In this document: one piece after another, positions 40,920-50,770 of the stretch | Position numbering within the stretch: position 1 is the stretch's first letter | How the letters are laid out: each line of letters starts with the position of its first letter | From: an uncultured bacterium | GTDB taxonomy: Bacteria; Oederibacteriota; JAAXVQ01; JAUVAV01 | Assembly: GCA_963710755.1 (NCBI GenBank) | Contig: CAVQBK010000003.1 | Location: 320,001 to 384,000, forward strand | Direction of reading: 5' to 3' | Length of the DNA: 64,000 bases | Notes under the pieces: model-generated | Database searches by the model: none | Seen by the model: only the letters and a program-made list of their open reading frames with translations | Told to the model about the DNA's origin: nothing | Program-made: the position numbers and the translations under genes

Positions 40920-41160
40920 CTATCTCCCTTGCGCGGCAGCTCAATTATTTGCACCTGCCACTAAAACGCTAACAATTTAAACTGATCATGGGTTTATTGC
41001 AATGATAAAATTATCTTATAGCCGATAAGACCAGATCCTCGAGAACGGGGTCTTGGCAGGAGAATCCGAAGATTGACGGTCGAAAATCATCATCAATGTG
41101 ACAATTGGGGGTCCATAGGATGTTGACAAGGCCCTGAAATTCATAAAAAAAGGAACCCAT

Positions 41161-42951
41161 ATGGCTCAGAAACATGCTGTAAAACAACCGGAATTTCTTC
41201 CCATGACCCTTCTGGAAATGAGACGGTTGGGATGGGAGGAACTGGACATCCTGCTTATCACAGGTGATGCCTACGTGGATCATCCCAGTTTCGGCGTAGC
41301 GGTGATTGGCCGCTGGCTGGTGGCTGCTGGTTATCGGGTAGGGATTATTGCCCAACCGGATTGGCGATCAGCCGAATCTGTGGCCGGTCTGGGCCGCCCC
41401 CTTCTCTGGGCCGGCATTACGGCCGGGGCCATGGATTCCATGGTGGCCAATTATACGGCCAATAAAAAATTAAGACGTCAGGATGCTTATACCCCCGGTA
41501 GTGCGTACGGAAAACGTCCCAACCGTGCCACCATTATATATAGTAATTTAATTAAACAGGCATTTCCCGGCTTGCCGGTAGTACTCGGCGGTATTGAGGC
41601 CAGTTTGCGGCGCTTGGTTCACTATGATTACTGGAGCGACAGTATTCGCCGCAGTGTTTTATTTGATGCCAAAGCGGATTACTTGGTTTACGGAATGGCG
41701 GAAAGGACGGTGGTGGCCCTTTCCCAGGCATTGGAAGAGGGGCGCCCCGTTGCGCCGATTGCGGGCTTAGCGATAATTCAAAAAACACTACCCAGGGACA
41801 AGCCTTATGTGATACTTCCCAGCTACGAAGCCATTATAGCCGATTGGCGTCAATTGGGCCAGGCAGCATTAGCAGAAGAAGCGCAGCGCGATTGGCGCAA
41901 AGGCAAACCCCTCGTGCAGGCCCATGGCCAGCGCTATTTGGTTTGTAATCCTCCGGCCCAGCCTCTGGACACCCTCTCCATGGACCGGCTCTTTGGCCTG
42001 CCATTCCAACGCCAAGTTCATCCCCATTATCACGAAAAAGTGGCGGCCCTGGAACCAGTGCTTCATTCCATCATCAGCCACCGCGGCTGCTTTGGGGGAT
42101 GTACTTTTTGTGCGCTTGGTGCCCACCAGGGCAAGGCCATTCAAAGCCGCAGTGTCGACTCTCTGATTGAGGAAGCCAAGCGCCTTGCAGCCAGACCTGA
42201 TTTTCACGGTACCATTACCGACGTGGGCGGTCCCAGTGCCAATATGTGGGGACTGGACTGCCGTGCTCCCCACGGGGCCTGCCAACGGCCATCCTGTTTA
42301 ATGCCCAGTCCCTGCCGGCATCTGAACATCGATCAAACGCCCATGCTTAAGGTCCTGGCGCGAATACAGCAGCTGCCCAAGGTCAAGCATGTGTTTGTAG
42401 CTTCCGGGGTACGTTATGATTTGGCACTTCAAGACAAGGCCTATCTGGCTGGTCTGGTGAAAGGCGGGCATATCAGCGGGGCGCTTAAAGTAGCGCCCGA
42501 GCATAGCGAGAATAATATATTGGCCTTGATGGGCAAGCCAACCAGCTCGGTCTTTGAGGCCTTTATTGCCAGCTACCGTCAGTTTTGCCGCCAATTCGGA
42601 CAACATGATTTTATCACGGCTTATTTTATCAGTGCGTTTCCGGGCAGTGATCGCCAAGCCATGCAGCAGGTGGCAGCATTTGCTAAAAAATGGCGCCTGC
42701 GGGTGGAACAACTGCAGGATTTCATTCCCCTACCCATGACCATGGCGGGTATCATGTATGCTTTGGGCGAAAATCCTTATACAGGCCATCAAATCAAGGT
42801 GGTAAAACTAGACCGGGAAAGAAAAACTCAACGCCGGACATTGCTGGGGCATCCGGGTTCGGTAAAAAATAAGCTCAACAAACCTGCCGCCAAGAGGTAT
42901 AATAATTCCTTTGCGGCAACATCATTTAAAGGCAAGCGGAGAGGGACGTGA
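41161..42951 (+). CDS. ygiQ: YgiQ family radical SAM protein
   Basis: TGDAYVDHPSFG, HRGCFGGCTFC, DVGGPSANM, LKVAPEH. Confidence 0.95.
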   Translation: MAQKHAVKQPEFLPMTLLEMRRLGWEELDILLITGDAYVDHPSFGVAVIGRWLVAAGYRVGIIAQPDWRSAESVAGLGRPLLWAGITAGAMDSMVANYTANKKLRRQDAYTPGSAYGKRPNRATIIYSNLIKQAFPGLPVVLGGIEASLRRLVHYDYWSDSIRRSVLFDAKADYLVYGMAERTVVALSQALEEGRPVAPIAGLAIIQKTLPRDKPYVILPSYEAIIADWRQLGQAALAEEAQRDWRKGKPLVQAHGQRYLVCNPPAQPLDTLSMDRLFGLPFQRQVHPHYHEKVAALEPVLHSIISHRGCFGGCTFCALGAHQGKAIQSRSVDSLIEEAKRLAARPDFHGTITDVGGPSANMWGLDCRAPHGACQRPSCLMPSPCRHLNIDQTPMLKVLARIQQLPKVKHVFVASGVRYDLALQDKAYLAGLVKGGHISGALKVAPEHSENNILALMGKPTSSVFEAFIASYRQFCRQFGQHDFITAYFISAFPGSDRQAMQQVAAFAKKWRLRVEQLQDFIPLPMTMAGIMYALGENPYTGHQIKVVKLDRERKTQRRTLLGHPGSVKNKLNKPAAKRYNNSFAATSFKGKRRGT

Positions 42952-43175
42952 AGCGTTATCCAAAGTCCAAAGCAGAAAAAGACCGGATGATGGCTCAAAG
43001 ATGCCTGCAGTGCACGGCCTGCCGTCACGCCCGCAAAAAACAGCGTGGCTTAATCTTCTGGATAGTTAAAAAAGTTGAAAGAAAAGTTTGTCCTTATTGC
43101 GAGGCTTATCACCGTATATTTGGTCGCTTTGCCCATGAACCTTTACCTGACCATTGGCCGGAAGAAGTCAGCTGA
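42948..43175 (+). CDS. Small Cys-rich protein (CxxCxxC...CPYC)
   Basis: GTGA overlap with ygiQ; CLQCTAC, VCPYCEAY. Confidence 0.75.
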   Translation: MKRYPKSKAEKDRMMAQRCLQCTACRHARKKQRGLIFWIVKKVERKVCPYCEAYHRIFGRFAHEPLPDHWPEEVS

Positions 43176-43227
43176 TCTTTAGGAGATCGGGCGGTGTCTG
43201 CCGGACAGTATTAAAAGGAGAATAAAC

Positions 43228-43578
43228 ATGGAAGAAGTTAAAGCGCTCTTGCGTCAAGTCATTAAAAATCAAAATGATCTTTTAGGCCTTAAAGAAGTGG
43301 AACTATCTCCAAAATGGCAGGGGGGCAAAGTGATCATCGAACCGGGAGATGAAAGCCTGAAAGCCTGTGAAATTCCACTGGATAATTTGTTTAAAAAAAT
43401 CATTTCCATCCGGGAAAAGTTAAGGGTTTTGGAGCAGAAAATCAATAACCATTCCGGTTTAAGCGGGCCGGAAAAATTAGAATTGGAGCAATACATCACC
43501 CGCTGCTACGGGTCCTTAACCACCTTTAATATTTTATTCAAACATCAAGAAGATAGGTTCAAAGGGTCAGTGGTTTAG
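43228..43578 (+). CDS. Conserved hypothetical coiled-coil protein
   Basis: AGGAG RBS; KWQGG, LRVLEQKIN, YITRCYGSLTTFN. Confidence 0.8.
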   Translation: MEEVKALLRQVIKNQNDLLGLKEVELSPKWQGGKVIIEPGDESLKACEIPLDNLFKKIISIREKLRVLEQKINNHSGLSGPEKLELEQYITRCYGSLTTFNILFKHQEDRFKGSVV

Positions 43579-43637
43579 ATTCCTTTTTAGCGGTGTACAT
43601 GGATTTGTTGTCTACCACCTAAAAGAAGGACCGCCTC

Positions 43638-44621
43638 ATGTTCTCAAATAATCGTAACACCAGAATGACTTACCAGGCTTGTGGGCGGCAGGGCTTGAAA
43701 TTACCCAAACTGTCTCTGGGTTGCTGGCACAATTTCAGCACCACCGATGATTATCATAATGCCAAGGAAATGGTGCGCAAAGCTTTTGATCTGGGAATTA
43801 CTCATTTCGACCTGGCCAATAATTACGGACCGCCGCCAGGGGCTGCAGAAATCACTTTTGGCCAGATATTAAAAAAAGATTTTCTGGGCTACCGGGATGA
43901 ACTGGTGATTTCCACCAAGGCCGGTTATGAAATGTGGCCCGGGCCATATGGAGATGGAGGGTCCAGGAAATATTTAGTGGCCAGTCTTAATCAAAGTTTA
44001 AAACGGCTGGGCCTTGATTATGTGGATATTTTTTATCATCATCGTCCTGATCCGGAAACACCTTTGGAAGAGACCATGGCCGCTTTGGATTATTTGGTGC
44101 GCAGCGGCAAAGCTCTGTATATAGGGATCTCATCCTATTCTCCGCAATTAACCAAGCGGGCCGTGGTGCTGCTTAAGGCCCTGGGCACGCCTTGCCTAAT
44201 TCACCAGCCGGTCTATAATATGTTCAACCGGCAATTAGAAAAGGAGTTACTGGGTGTTATTGAAAAAGCCGGCATGGGGTGTGTCGTGTTTTCACCCTTG
44301 GGCCAAGGGTTGCTAACCAACCGTTACCTTAACGGCGTTCCCTCGGGGTCGCGGGCCGCTAATCCCAACGGCTTTTTAAGACCGGAGAGCATTACGCCCC
44401 ATCGCTTACAAATGGTGAAGGCGCTTAATGAGATGGCCATGACGCGCGGGCAGTCTCTGGCACAAATGGCCTTGACCTGGGTGCTGCGCCATGGAGCCGT
44501 CACGTCGGCTCTGATCGGCGCCAGCCGGCCGGACCAAATCGAGGATTGCGCCGGTGCTTTGAGGGGCCCGGCCTTATCCCCAGAAGAACTGGAGCAAATA
44601 GAAGTTATTCTTAAGGGGTGA
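43638..44621 (+). CDS. Aldo/keto reductase, YghZ/Gpr (L-glyceraldehyde 3-phosphate reductase) type
   Basis: LSLGCWHNF, HFDLANNYGPPPG, ISTKAGY.MWPGPYG. Confidence 0.92.
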   Translation: MFSNNRNTRMTYQACGRQGLKLPKLSLGCWHNFSTTDDYHNAKEMVRKAFDLGITHFDLANNYGPPPGAAEITFGQILKKDFLGYRDELVISTKAGYEMWPGPYGDGGSRKYLVASLNQSLKRLGLDYVDIFYHHRPDPETPLEETMAALDYLVRSGKALYIGISSYSPQLTKRAVVLLKALGTPCLIHQPVYNMFNRQLEKELLGVIEKAGMGCVVFSPLGQGLLTNRYLNGVPSGSRAANPNGFLRPESITPHRLQMVKALNEMAMTRGQSLAQMALTWVLRHGAVTSALIGASRPDQIEDCAGALRGPALSPEELEQIEVILKG

Positions 44622-44777
44622 TTAGTCCTGGAAAGATTGTTAAAATCATGGTATTCACGGGATCCATTCCGGGGATACCGATTACCCTCTCCTTTTTAGG
44701 GAGTGGGACAATGGGTGAGGGTTACCTTAATACGCGCACTTTAGTGCGGGGTAAGATATTATCATCAAGGAGGGATT

Positions 44778-44948
44778 ATGTTTACCATCGGAGAATTTAA
44801 AGGCAATGCTGTAATTACCCTGAAACGCAGCGAGGACGACAAATACGGGTTTACTTTTGGGGTTTCCAAAGCCAAGCTGGTTTTAGAACACTTCGAAGAC
44901 ATCAAGCAGTTTGTGGCCGCTCATGATAAACCCAAGAAACAGGATTAA
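44778..44948 (+). CDS. 56-aa small protein missed by the ORF track
   Basis: AGGAGG RBS; MFTIGEFKGNAVITLKRSEDDKYGFTFGVSKAKLVLEHFEDIKQFVAAHDKPKKQD. Confidence 0.8.
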   Translation: MFTIGEFKGNAVITLKRSEDDKYGFTFGVSKAKLVLEHFEDIKQFVAAHDKPKKQD

Positions 44949-45072
44949 CCGCCAAGGGCGACAATGCATTCGACCTTAAGTTGTGCGGCGAAAATTACCC
45001 GCATGAAGCTGCGGTGTAATTAAGTCAGATGGGGGACACGCCTTGGCCCCATCCATTCCCAGGAGGTGAAAC

Positions 45073-45573
45073 ATGCAGACCAAACAATGGTTGGCAGCAG
45101 TAGCAGTGGCAGTAGCATTAATGACCCAGGTTCAAGCTGAAAACACCACTATGGCCGATGAAAGCAAACCTGCGGCCACCACCATGGAAGCCCAGCCAGC
45201 TGCGACCCCCCAGGCGAAAGCTGTAACACCAGCTGCAGCACCGGAAACAACCAGCGCCCTACAAGTAGTCGAGATCAGCATTGCTCCCGAAATCAAAGAT
45301 CGCGAACCGGTTGGGGCAGCTGATAAATTTCCCGCGACCGTGGGCAAGCTTTATTGCTATACCAAAATCGTAGGCGGGACGGAAGGCACGGTTATTACCC
45401 ACCGCTGGAAAAAAGGCAATGATGTCATGGCAGTTGTGCAACTCAAGGTTAACGGCTCTCCCTGGCGGACCTTTAGCTCCAAGTCCATCATGAGTGATTG
45501 GACCGGGGCTTGGTCCGTGGAGGTGTTGGAGGGAGACAAGGTACTGAAAACCATTGATTTTACCATAGAATAA
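45073..45573 (+). CDS. Exported DUF2914 domain protein
   Basis: Signal peptide, Ala/Pro linker, DREP, YCYT, HRW, WRTFSSK, W.G.W.VEV. Confidence 0.88.
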   Translation: MQTKQWLAAVAVAVALMTQVQAENTTMADESKPAATTMEAQPAATPQAKAVTPAAAPETTSALQVVEISIAPEIKDREPVGAADKFPATVGKLYCYTKIVGGTEGTVITHRWKKGNDVMAVVQLKVNGSPWRTFSSKSIMSDWTGAWSVEVLEGDKVLKTIDFTIE

Positions 45574-45595
45574 AACCCATCGTCTCCTGACCCTG

Positions 45596-45631
45596 GCCGC
45601 AACCAGAATCTTCTGGTTGCGGCTTTTTTTT
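45596..45631 (+). terminator. Intrinsic terminator
   Basis: GCCGCAACCAGA/TCTGGTTGCGGC plus T-run. Confidence 0.88.
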
Positions 45632-45708
45632 GTATATTTATGGAACCAGAACGCCGTAACTAAAGTCTATAAGTCACTCAGTTTGAGTGGGGAAAAAGAG
45701 GTGTGAGT

Positions 45709-45867
45709 ATGGAATTATTAAGTTGTCATGACTGTCATGGGGAAAACATTGCGGGCGACAAATTTTGTCGTCATTGCGGCGCTAAACTTAAAAAAGAAAT
45801 TTCGGAAACCATGGTATTGACAGGATTTATTATTCTTGGATTAATTGGGTTGATCACTGTTTTTTAA
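45709..45867 (+). CDS. 52-aa zinc-ribbon membrane protein missed by the ORF track
   Basis: GAGGTG RBS; CHDC...KFCRHCGAKL plus C-terminal TM. Confidence 0.75.
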   Translation: MELLSCHDCHGENIAGDKFCRHCGAKLKKEISETMVLTGFIILGLIGLITVF

Positions 45868-46060
45868 TAACAGGACCAGCGCCCCGGTTTCCACAATTGT
45901 TGAAAAAAAAAGAAACCGGGGAAGGAATGTAAGACCGATTCAATAGGGAATGCCTATCTAAATAAATATTTCACTAGACCTGATTAAAGTCCCTTGATTA
46001 AAATCAAATAGTTTAAACTTGCCCAATCGTTGTAGCCAGCGGTGAGGAGGCCTTTTGCGC

Positions 46061-46092
46061 TTGACACATAATTATACGATTGTATAATTATG
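46061..46092 (+). promoter_or_regulatory. Sigma70 promoter overlapped by a palindromic putative TetR operator
   Basis: TTGACA-16 bp-TATAAT; CATAATTATAC-N4-GTATAATTATG at 46067-46092. Confidence 0.85.
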
Positions 46093-46116
46093 ACACCTTT
46101 TTGAAAGGATTGTGGC

Positions 46117-46770
46117 ATGGCCCGTCCCTCCGGCAATACTGATCAAAAGCTAATCGAGGCTGCGCTGGCTCTGTTTCCGGAAACCGGATTCAGTAATATG
46201 AAAGTGCGCGATGTGGCCCGGCAGGCCGGGGTGAATCTGGGACTATTTCACTACCATTTCAAAAATAAAAACGTTTTTGCGCAGCGCATTATGCACGATT
46301 TTTACGAATCCTTTTTCAGCCGGTTTCAGTGGAATATTGCCACTGTGGCCGACCCTCAGTTGCGACTGCGCCAAGGCGTGCTCACCATTGCCAAATTCCT
46401 TCGTGATCATCGCCAGCTCATGATCCCCTTTCTCAATGATGTGCTCCAGGGCCACCAGCAGGTCATCCAATTTTTAAGCGAGAACATGCAGCGTCATATC
46501 AGGATTCTGGTGCAATTGATCAAGGCTTGCCAAAAAAACGGTTTTATGGCCAAATGGCCGGTGGCGACGGTGATCTTTTTCTTGATGGGTCCACAGGCAG
46601 TACCGGCCATGGCTTTAACCGTTTTCGAAAAAAATCAGCGTCATTTATCGGGGGCTTTGGTAAAATTAATGGCTTTGCCCCAACACTTGACAGACCGGGC
46701 CATTGAACAACGTGTGGATTTAGCGCTTAAGGCGATGCAACCCAATCCTGACCTCAGGCCAGGACAATAA
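46117..46770 (+). CDS. TetR/AcrR family regulator (CecR/YbiH-like context)
   Basis: LF...GF...VRDVARQAGVNLGLFHYHFKNK. Confidence 0.92.
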   Translation: MARPSGNTDQKLIEAALALFPETGFSNMKVRDVARQAGVNLGLFHYHFKNKNVFAQRIMHDFYESFFSRFQWNIATVADPQLRLRQGVLTIAKFLRDHRQLMIPFLNDVLQGHQQVIQFLSENMQRHIRILVQLIKACQKNGFMAKWPVATVIFFLMGPQAVPAMALTVFEKNQRHLSGALVKLMALPQHLTDRAIEQRVDLALKAMQPNPDLRPGQ

Positions 46771-46786
46771 GGTGGAGGCTCAACCC

Positions 46787-48190
46787 ATGATACGAAAGCT
46801 AGCATGCTTGGCGGTGCTCGTGGGCATCAGCGGCCTGGTCAGTGCAGCTGATTACCCCCGGTTAAATCTAGACCTGGCCCGGGCGGAGCGCCTGGCCTTG
46901 GACCATTCCCAGATGGTGAAGGCCAAAATTCTGGAAATGGAGGCCGCCAAAGCCAAGGCCAACAGTCAATTTTCCCTTTTCTGGCCTTCGCTGGCCATTG
47001 AAGGAACCATCAATTACGCTGCCAAGATTCCTAACCTGGAACTCAACCTGCCTCATATGGGGTCGGTCTCGTTTCCCTTCGGCGATCACACCAATTACAG
47101 CCTGGGGGCAGTGGCGGCCTGGGATTTTTGGGATTCCGGCCGTACTTACTATCAGTGGAAAGCCCTGCAACATGCCGTGGAAGCCAAAAAGCTGGATGTG
47201 GTGCTGGCCCGGCAAAAGGTGCTTCTGGATACCCGCTTGGCCTATTTTAAAACCCAACTTGCTTTGGAACAAGCCCGCCTGCTTCAGGACGCGCTTAAAG
47301 TCAACCAAAATCAATATACCGATATTGAACATAAACAACAGGCCGGAACTGCCAGCCGGGCCGACAGCCTGGCCAGTCACTTGCAGGTGTTGGATAGTCT
47401 CACTGCTCTGGCAAACGCCAGAACCCAATTGTCCGACAACATCCGGGAACTGTTACACTTAACCGGCCAAGTGGAAGACTATGATGTCACTTATCCCATG
47501 GCTCCGGGACAGCTGCAGGGGCGCAGTCCGCAAGAGCCCAACCCCACGGTGGTGGTGGAATTTGATAAATTATCAACATCCTTGACCGTGTTCAATCCGG
47601 CCGGCCAAGCCACACTGGATGAACATCATCCTCAAAATCAGTTTTTTGAGGAACTGGCCAAAATGGCCAGGCGCACTTCCCTGAGTATTGAATCCAATCA
47701 CTGGCCCACCTTGCAGCTGTCCGCCCGTACCGGACTGGAATACCCCAATGGCCCGGTAAATGAAAAGGTGTATCAAAACCGGGCCGGCGCCAAAGCGGAG
47801 TGGTTGCTTTTTAAAGGATCTCAAATTACCCATCTGGAACAGGAACAAGCCATTCAGGCCCAACAGTATGAACATCAACGAAATGAAACCAAGCTTAATT
47901 TAAAGCTGCAATGGTTAAAAACCCAGGCTCAATGGCAGCTGCAGCGCCAACAGGAACAAACCCTATTGCAGGCGGTCAAGGAAACGGAATTGCTTGCCCG
48001 CTTAACCTACCAGGCTTATCTGGCCGGCCAGGTGGATTATATCAAGGTGCAGGCCGCCAATTTACAGGTAGTGCAAACCAAGACCAAAAAAGTGCAAGCC
48101 CAAGTTCAGCAGCTTATACAGCTAGCCATTCTGGATTCGTTGGCGCAAAAGAAAGTGAGGGAGACGAACGATGAACCGCAAAAAAATTAA
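46787..48190 (+). CDS. TolC family outer membrane factor
   Basis: Signal peptide; duplicated OEP pattern; AYLAGQVDY. Confidence 0.88.
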   Translation: MIRKLACLAVLVGISGLVSAADYPRLNLDLARAERLALDHSQMVKAKILEMEAAKAKANSQFSLFWPSLAIEGTINYAAKIPNLELNLPHMGSVSFPFGDHTNYSLGAVAAWDFWDSGRTYYQWKALQHAVEAKKLDVVLARQKVLLDTRLAYFKTQLALEQARLLQDALKVNQNQYTDIEHKQQAGTASRADSLASHLQVLDSLTALANARTQLSDNIRELLHLTGQVEDYDVTYPMAPGQLQGRSPQEPNPTVVVEFDKLSTSLTVFNPAGQATLDEHHPQNQFFEELAKMARRTSLSIESNHWPTLQLSARTGLEYPNGPVNEKVYQNRAGAKAEWLLFKGSQITHLEQEQAIQAQQYEHQRNETKLNLKLQWLKTQAQWQLQRQQEQTLLQAVKETELLARLTYQAYLAGQVDYIKVQAANLQVVQTKTKKVQAQVQQLIQLAILDSLAQKKVRETNDEPQKN

Positions 48191-48914
48191 GATCATCTTG
48201 CCCCTGGCCGTCGTGTTGGTAATCGCCGGTGTGGTCATTTGGGCGCTCAATCTGAAGAAACCATTTTATTACGCCGGAACCATTGAAGCCACGGAGATTA
48301 CCCTTTCCAGCCAGGTCATGTCCGTGATCGGTCAATTTTCCGCTCAGGAAGGCCGGGACGTTAAGCTAGGCGAGTCCTTGGTGGTTATGAAAGGCGAGGA
48401 TTACAAGCTAAACGCAGCCCTGGCGCAAAAGGATTTTGAGCGGGGCCAGCGGTTGCTCAACAGCGGCTCGATCACCAAAGCTGATTTTGACAAGCTGAAA
48501 TTTCAAAGGGACCGAGCGGCACTGCTGGTGAGCTGGTGCCGTATCGAAGCTCCTTTGGATGCCACAGTGCTGCAGACTTATCGCGAGCCCGGGGAATTGG
48601 TGGCCCCGGGCACGACCTTGTTAACCCTGGGCGACCTTTCGACAGTGTGGGCCTATATCTATGTGGAAGAACCCATGTTGGTCAGGCTGCAGTTAAATCA
48701 GGTGGTCACCGGTTTTCTGCCCGAATTACCGGGCAAGACATTCAAGGGCAGAATTACGGTCATTCGGGATCAAGCGGAGTTTACGCCCAAAAATGTGCAA
48801 ACCAGGGAAGAACGGGCCCGTTTGGTTTACGGTATTAAGGTGGAGTTTGATAATGCCCAACGGCTGCTTAAACCGGGCATGAGCATCGAAGTGAAGTTGC
48901 CGGAACTGCCCTAA
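48171..48914 (+). CDS. HlyD-family adaptor (YbhG-like)
   Basis: AEFTPKNVQTREER..LVY, LKPGM. Confidence 0.92.
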   Translation: MNRKKIKIILPLAVVLVIAGVVIWALNLKKPFYYAGTIEATEITLSSQVMSVIGQFSAQEGRDVKLGESLVVMKGEDYKLNAALAQKDFERGQRLLNSGSITKADFDKLKFQRDRAALLVSWCRIEAPLDATVLQTYREPGELVAPGTTLLTLGDLSTVWAYIYVEEPMLVRLQLNQVVTGFLPELPGKTFKGRITVIRDQAEFTPKNVQTREERARLVYGIKVEFDNAQRLLKPGMSIEVKLPELP

Positions 48915-48935
48915 TGCCCCTTTGAAAAGGCGACT

Positions 48936-49853
48936 ATGACAATTGCGATTAAAGTCAACAACTTAAGCAAAAAAATGAAGCGCATCCAGGCTTTGAGCGG
49001 AGTGACGATAGACTTCGAATCCCGCATGCTTCATGGTCTGATCGGGCCTGACGGTGCCGGCAAGACTACTTTGCTCAGAACCCTAGTGGGCCTGCTGCAC
49101 GCAGACGATGGCGCCATCGTTTATTATCAGGACAGCCAACAGGTTCCTTTTCCTATTATCCGGCCGCACCTGGCCTACATGCCTCAGCAGCAAAGCCTTT
49201 ATCCGGATTTGACCGTGGGGGAGCACCTTAATTTCTTTCGTGATCTTTATCTGATACCCAAACCGGTTTACCAGCAGCGGCGGGAAACGTTACTGCACAT
49301 GACACGCATGCAACCTTTTCAAGACCGGCCTGCCGCCAAACTCTCGGGAGGCATGTATAAAAAGCTGGGTCTTATGTGTGCGCTGCTCCAGTCACCGGAG
49401 GTGGTGTTGCTCGATGAACCCACCAACGGCGTGGATCCCATCAGCCGGCGGGAGTTTTGGGACCTCTTGTACCGCCTGCGGGATCAGGGTATTTTGATCA
49501 TCGTTTCCACAGCGTATATGGATGAAGCAGAACGGTGCAATCATGTTCATGTGCTCAATGAAGGTCGGCTGTTGGCCACAGGGGAACCGCGTCAAATTTT
49601 ACAGCAAGAAAACGTGGAATCCTTTGAAGCCTTGTTTGTGCTTAAAGACCGCAGTGCTATGGCTCCTGCTCCCGAGGCGGACAAAGCCGATAGGGAACGA
49701 GTGCAAAACAAGGAGGACCGTCAGCGTCGTTCACAGCGGAAAGTAACGGCCCCCAAAGCAGAAGGACATCATCGCACGCCGGGCGAAAAGAAAACTGTAA
49801 AAAAAGCCAAGCGGCCATTGAAAACTAAAAAAACGGGCAGGGCCCAATCATGA
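48936..49853 (+). CDS. ABC ATPase (YbhF N-half-like) with basic tail
   Basis: GPDGAGKTT, LSGGMYKKL, DEPTNGVDP, STAYMDEAE. Confidence 0.92.
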   Translation: MTIAIKVNNLSKKMKRIQALSGVTIDFESRMLHGLIGPDGAGKTTLLRTLVGLLHADDGAIVYYQDSQQVPFPIIRPHLAYMPQQQSLYPDLTVGEHLNFFRDLYLIPKPVYQQRRETLLHMTRMQPFQDRPAAKLSGGMYKKLGLMCALLQSPEVVLLDEPTNGVDPISRREFWDLLYRLRDQGILIIVSTAYMDEAERCNHVHVLNEGRLLATGEPRQILQQENVESFEALFVLKDRSAMAPAPEADKADRERVQNKEDRQRRSQRKVTAPKAEGHHRTPGEKKTVKKAKRPLKTKKTGRAQS

Positions 49854-50767
49854 CCAGGACGCTGGCAGTAGATGTTAGCCATCTGACCATGAAATTCGGC
49901 GTCTTTACGGCTGTGGATGATATTTCTTTTGCCGTTACCAGCGGGGAGATCTTTGGCTTTTTGGGCGCTAATGGCGCCGGCAAAACCACGACAATCCGTA
50001 TTTTATGCGGTTTGTTGATTCCTACCGCAGGATCAGCCTTGATCGCCGGTGAAGATATTCATACCAGTATCCAAGCCATCAAATCCAAGGTCGGGTATAT
50101 GTCTCAAAAGTTTACCCTTTATAATGACCTGAGTGTGGCGGAAAACATGGAATTTACGGGGCGGCTGAGAAAATTGGATCTGGTTTATCTGAAACAGCGC
50201 AAACAAGAATTGTTTGACTTCGTAGAATTTCGTCAGTCGGAAAAGACACTGGTGCGTGATCTGCCGGGTGGTATTAAACAGCAGATGGCCTTGGCCGCGG
50301 CCTTGTTGCATGATCCCAAAATCATCTTTCTCGATGAACCAACCGCCGGCGTGGCGCCGGCGGTACGCATGCGCTTCTGGCAATTGATCAATCAATTAGC
50401 CCGGCAGGGCAAAACGGTGTTTGTGACCACCCACTACATGGATGAAGCAGAAAATTGCGGACGGATTGCGCTGATGCGCGATGGACGCATCATTGCCCTG
50501 GATACACCGGCCAGTTTGAAGGCACGCACCTTTCCCAAACCGGTCATGGAACTTGATTATACTGGCACCGAGCCGCCGGCCTGGTTGTTGGAACTGGGCC
50601 GGCAAAAAAATGTGGCCAAGCTCAACCCGTATGGCAGGCGTTATCATGCTCAAATCCTTGATGATCAGGCATGGAAAACATGGTTGCGCAAAAAACCGGA
50701 TACCGTGCAGGTTAAGGCCATTACGCCTTCCTTGGAAGATGTGTTTATCCGTTTGGTGGAGGGTTAA
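49850..50767 (+). CDS. ABC ATPase (YbhF C-half-like)
   Basis: GANGAGKTT, YMSQKF, DEPTAGV, TTHYMDEAE, PSLEDVF. Confidence 0.93.
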   Translation: MTRTLAVDVSHLTMKFGVFTAVDDISFAVTSGEIFGFLGANGAGKTTTIRILCGLLIPTAGSALIAGEDIHTSIQAIKSKVGYMSQKFTLYNDLSVAENMEFTGRLRKLDLVYLKQRKQELFDFVEFRQSEKTLVRDLPGGIKQQMALAAALLHDPKIIFLDEPTAGVAPAVRMRFWQLINQLARQGKTVFVTTHYMDEAENCGRIALMRDGRIIALDTPASLKARTFPKPVMELDYTGTEPPAWLLELGRQKNVAKLNPYGRRYHAQILDDQAWKTWLRKKPDTVQVKAITPSLEDVFIRLVEG

Positions 50768-50770
50768 GTC

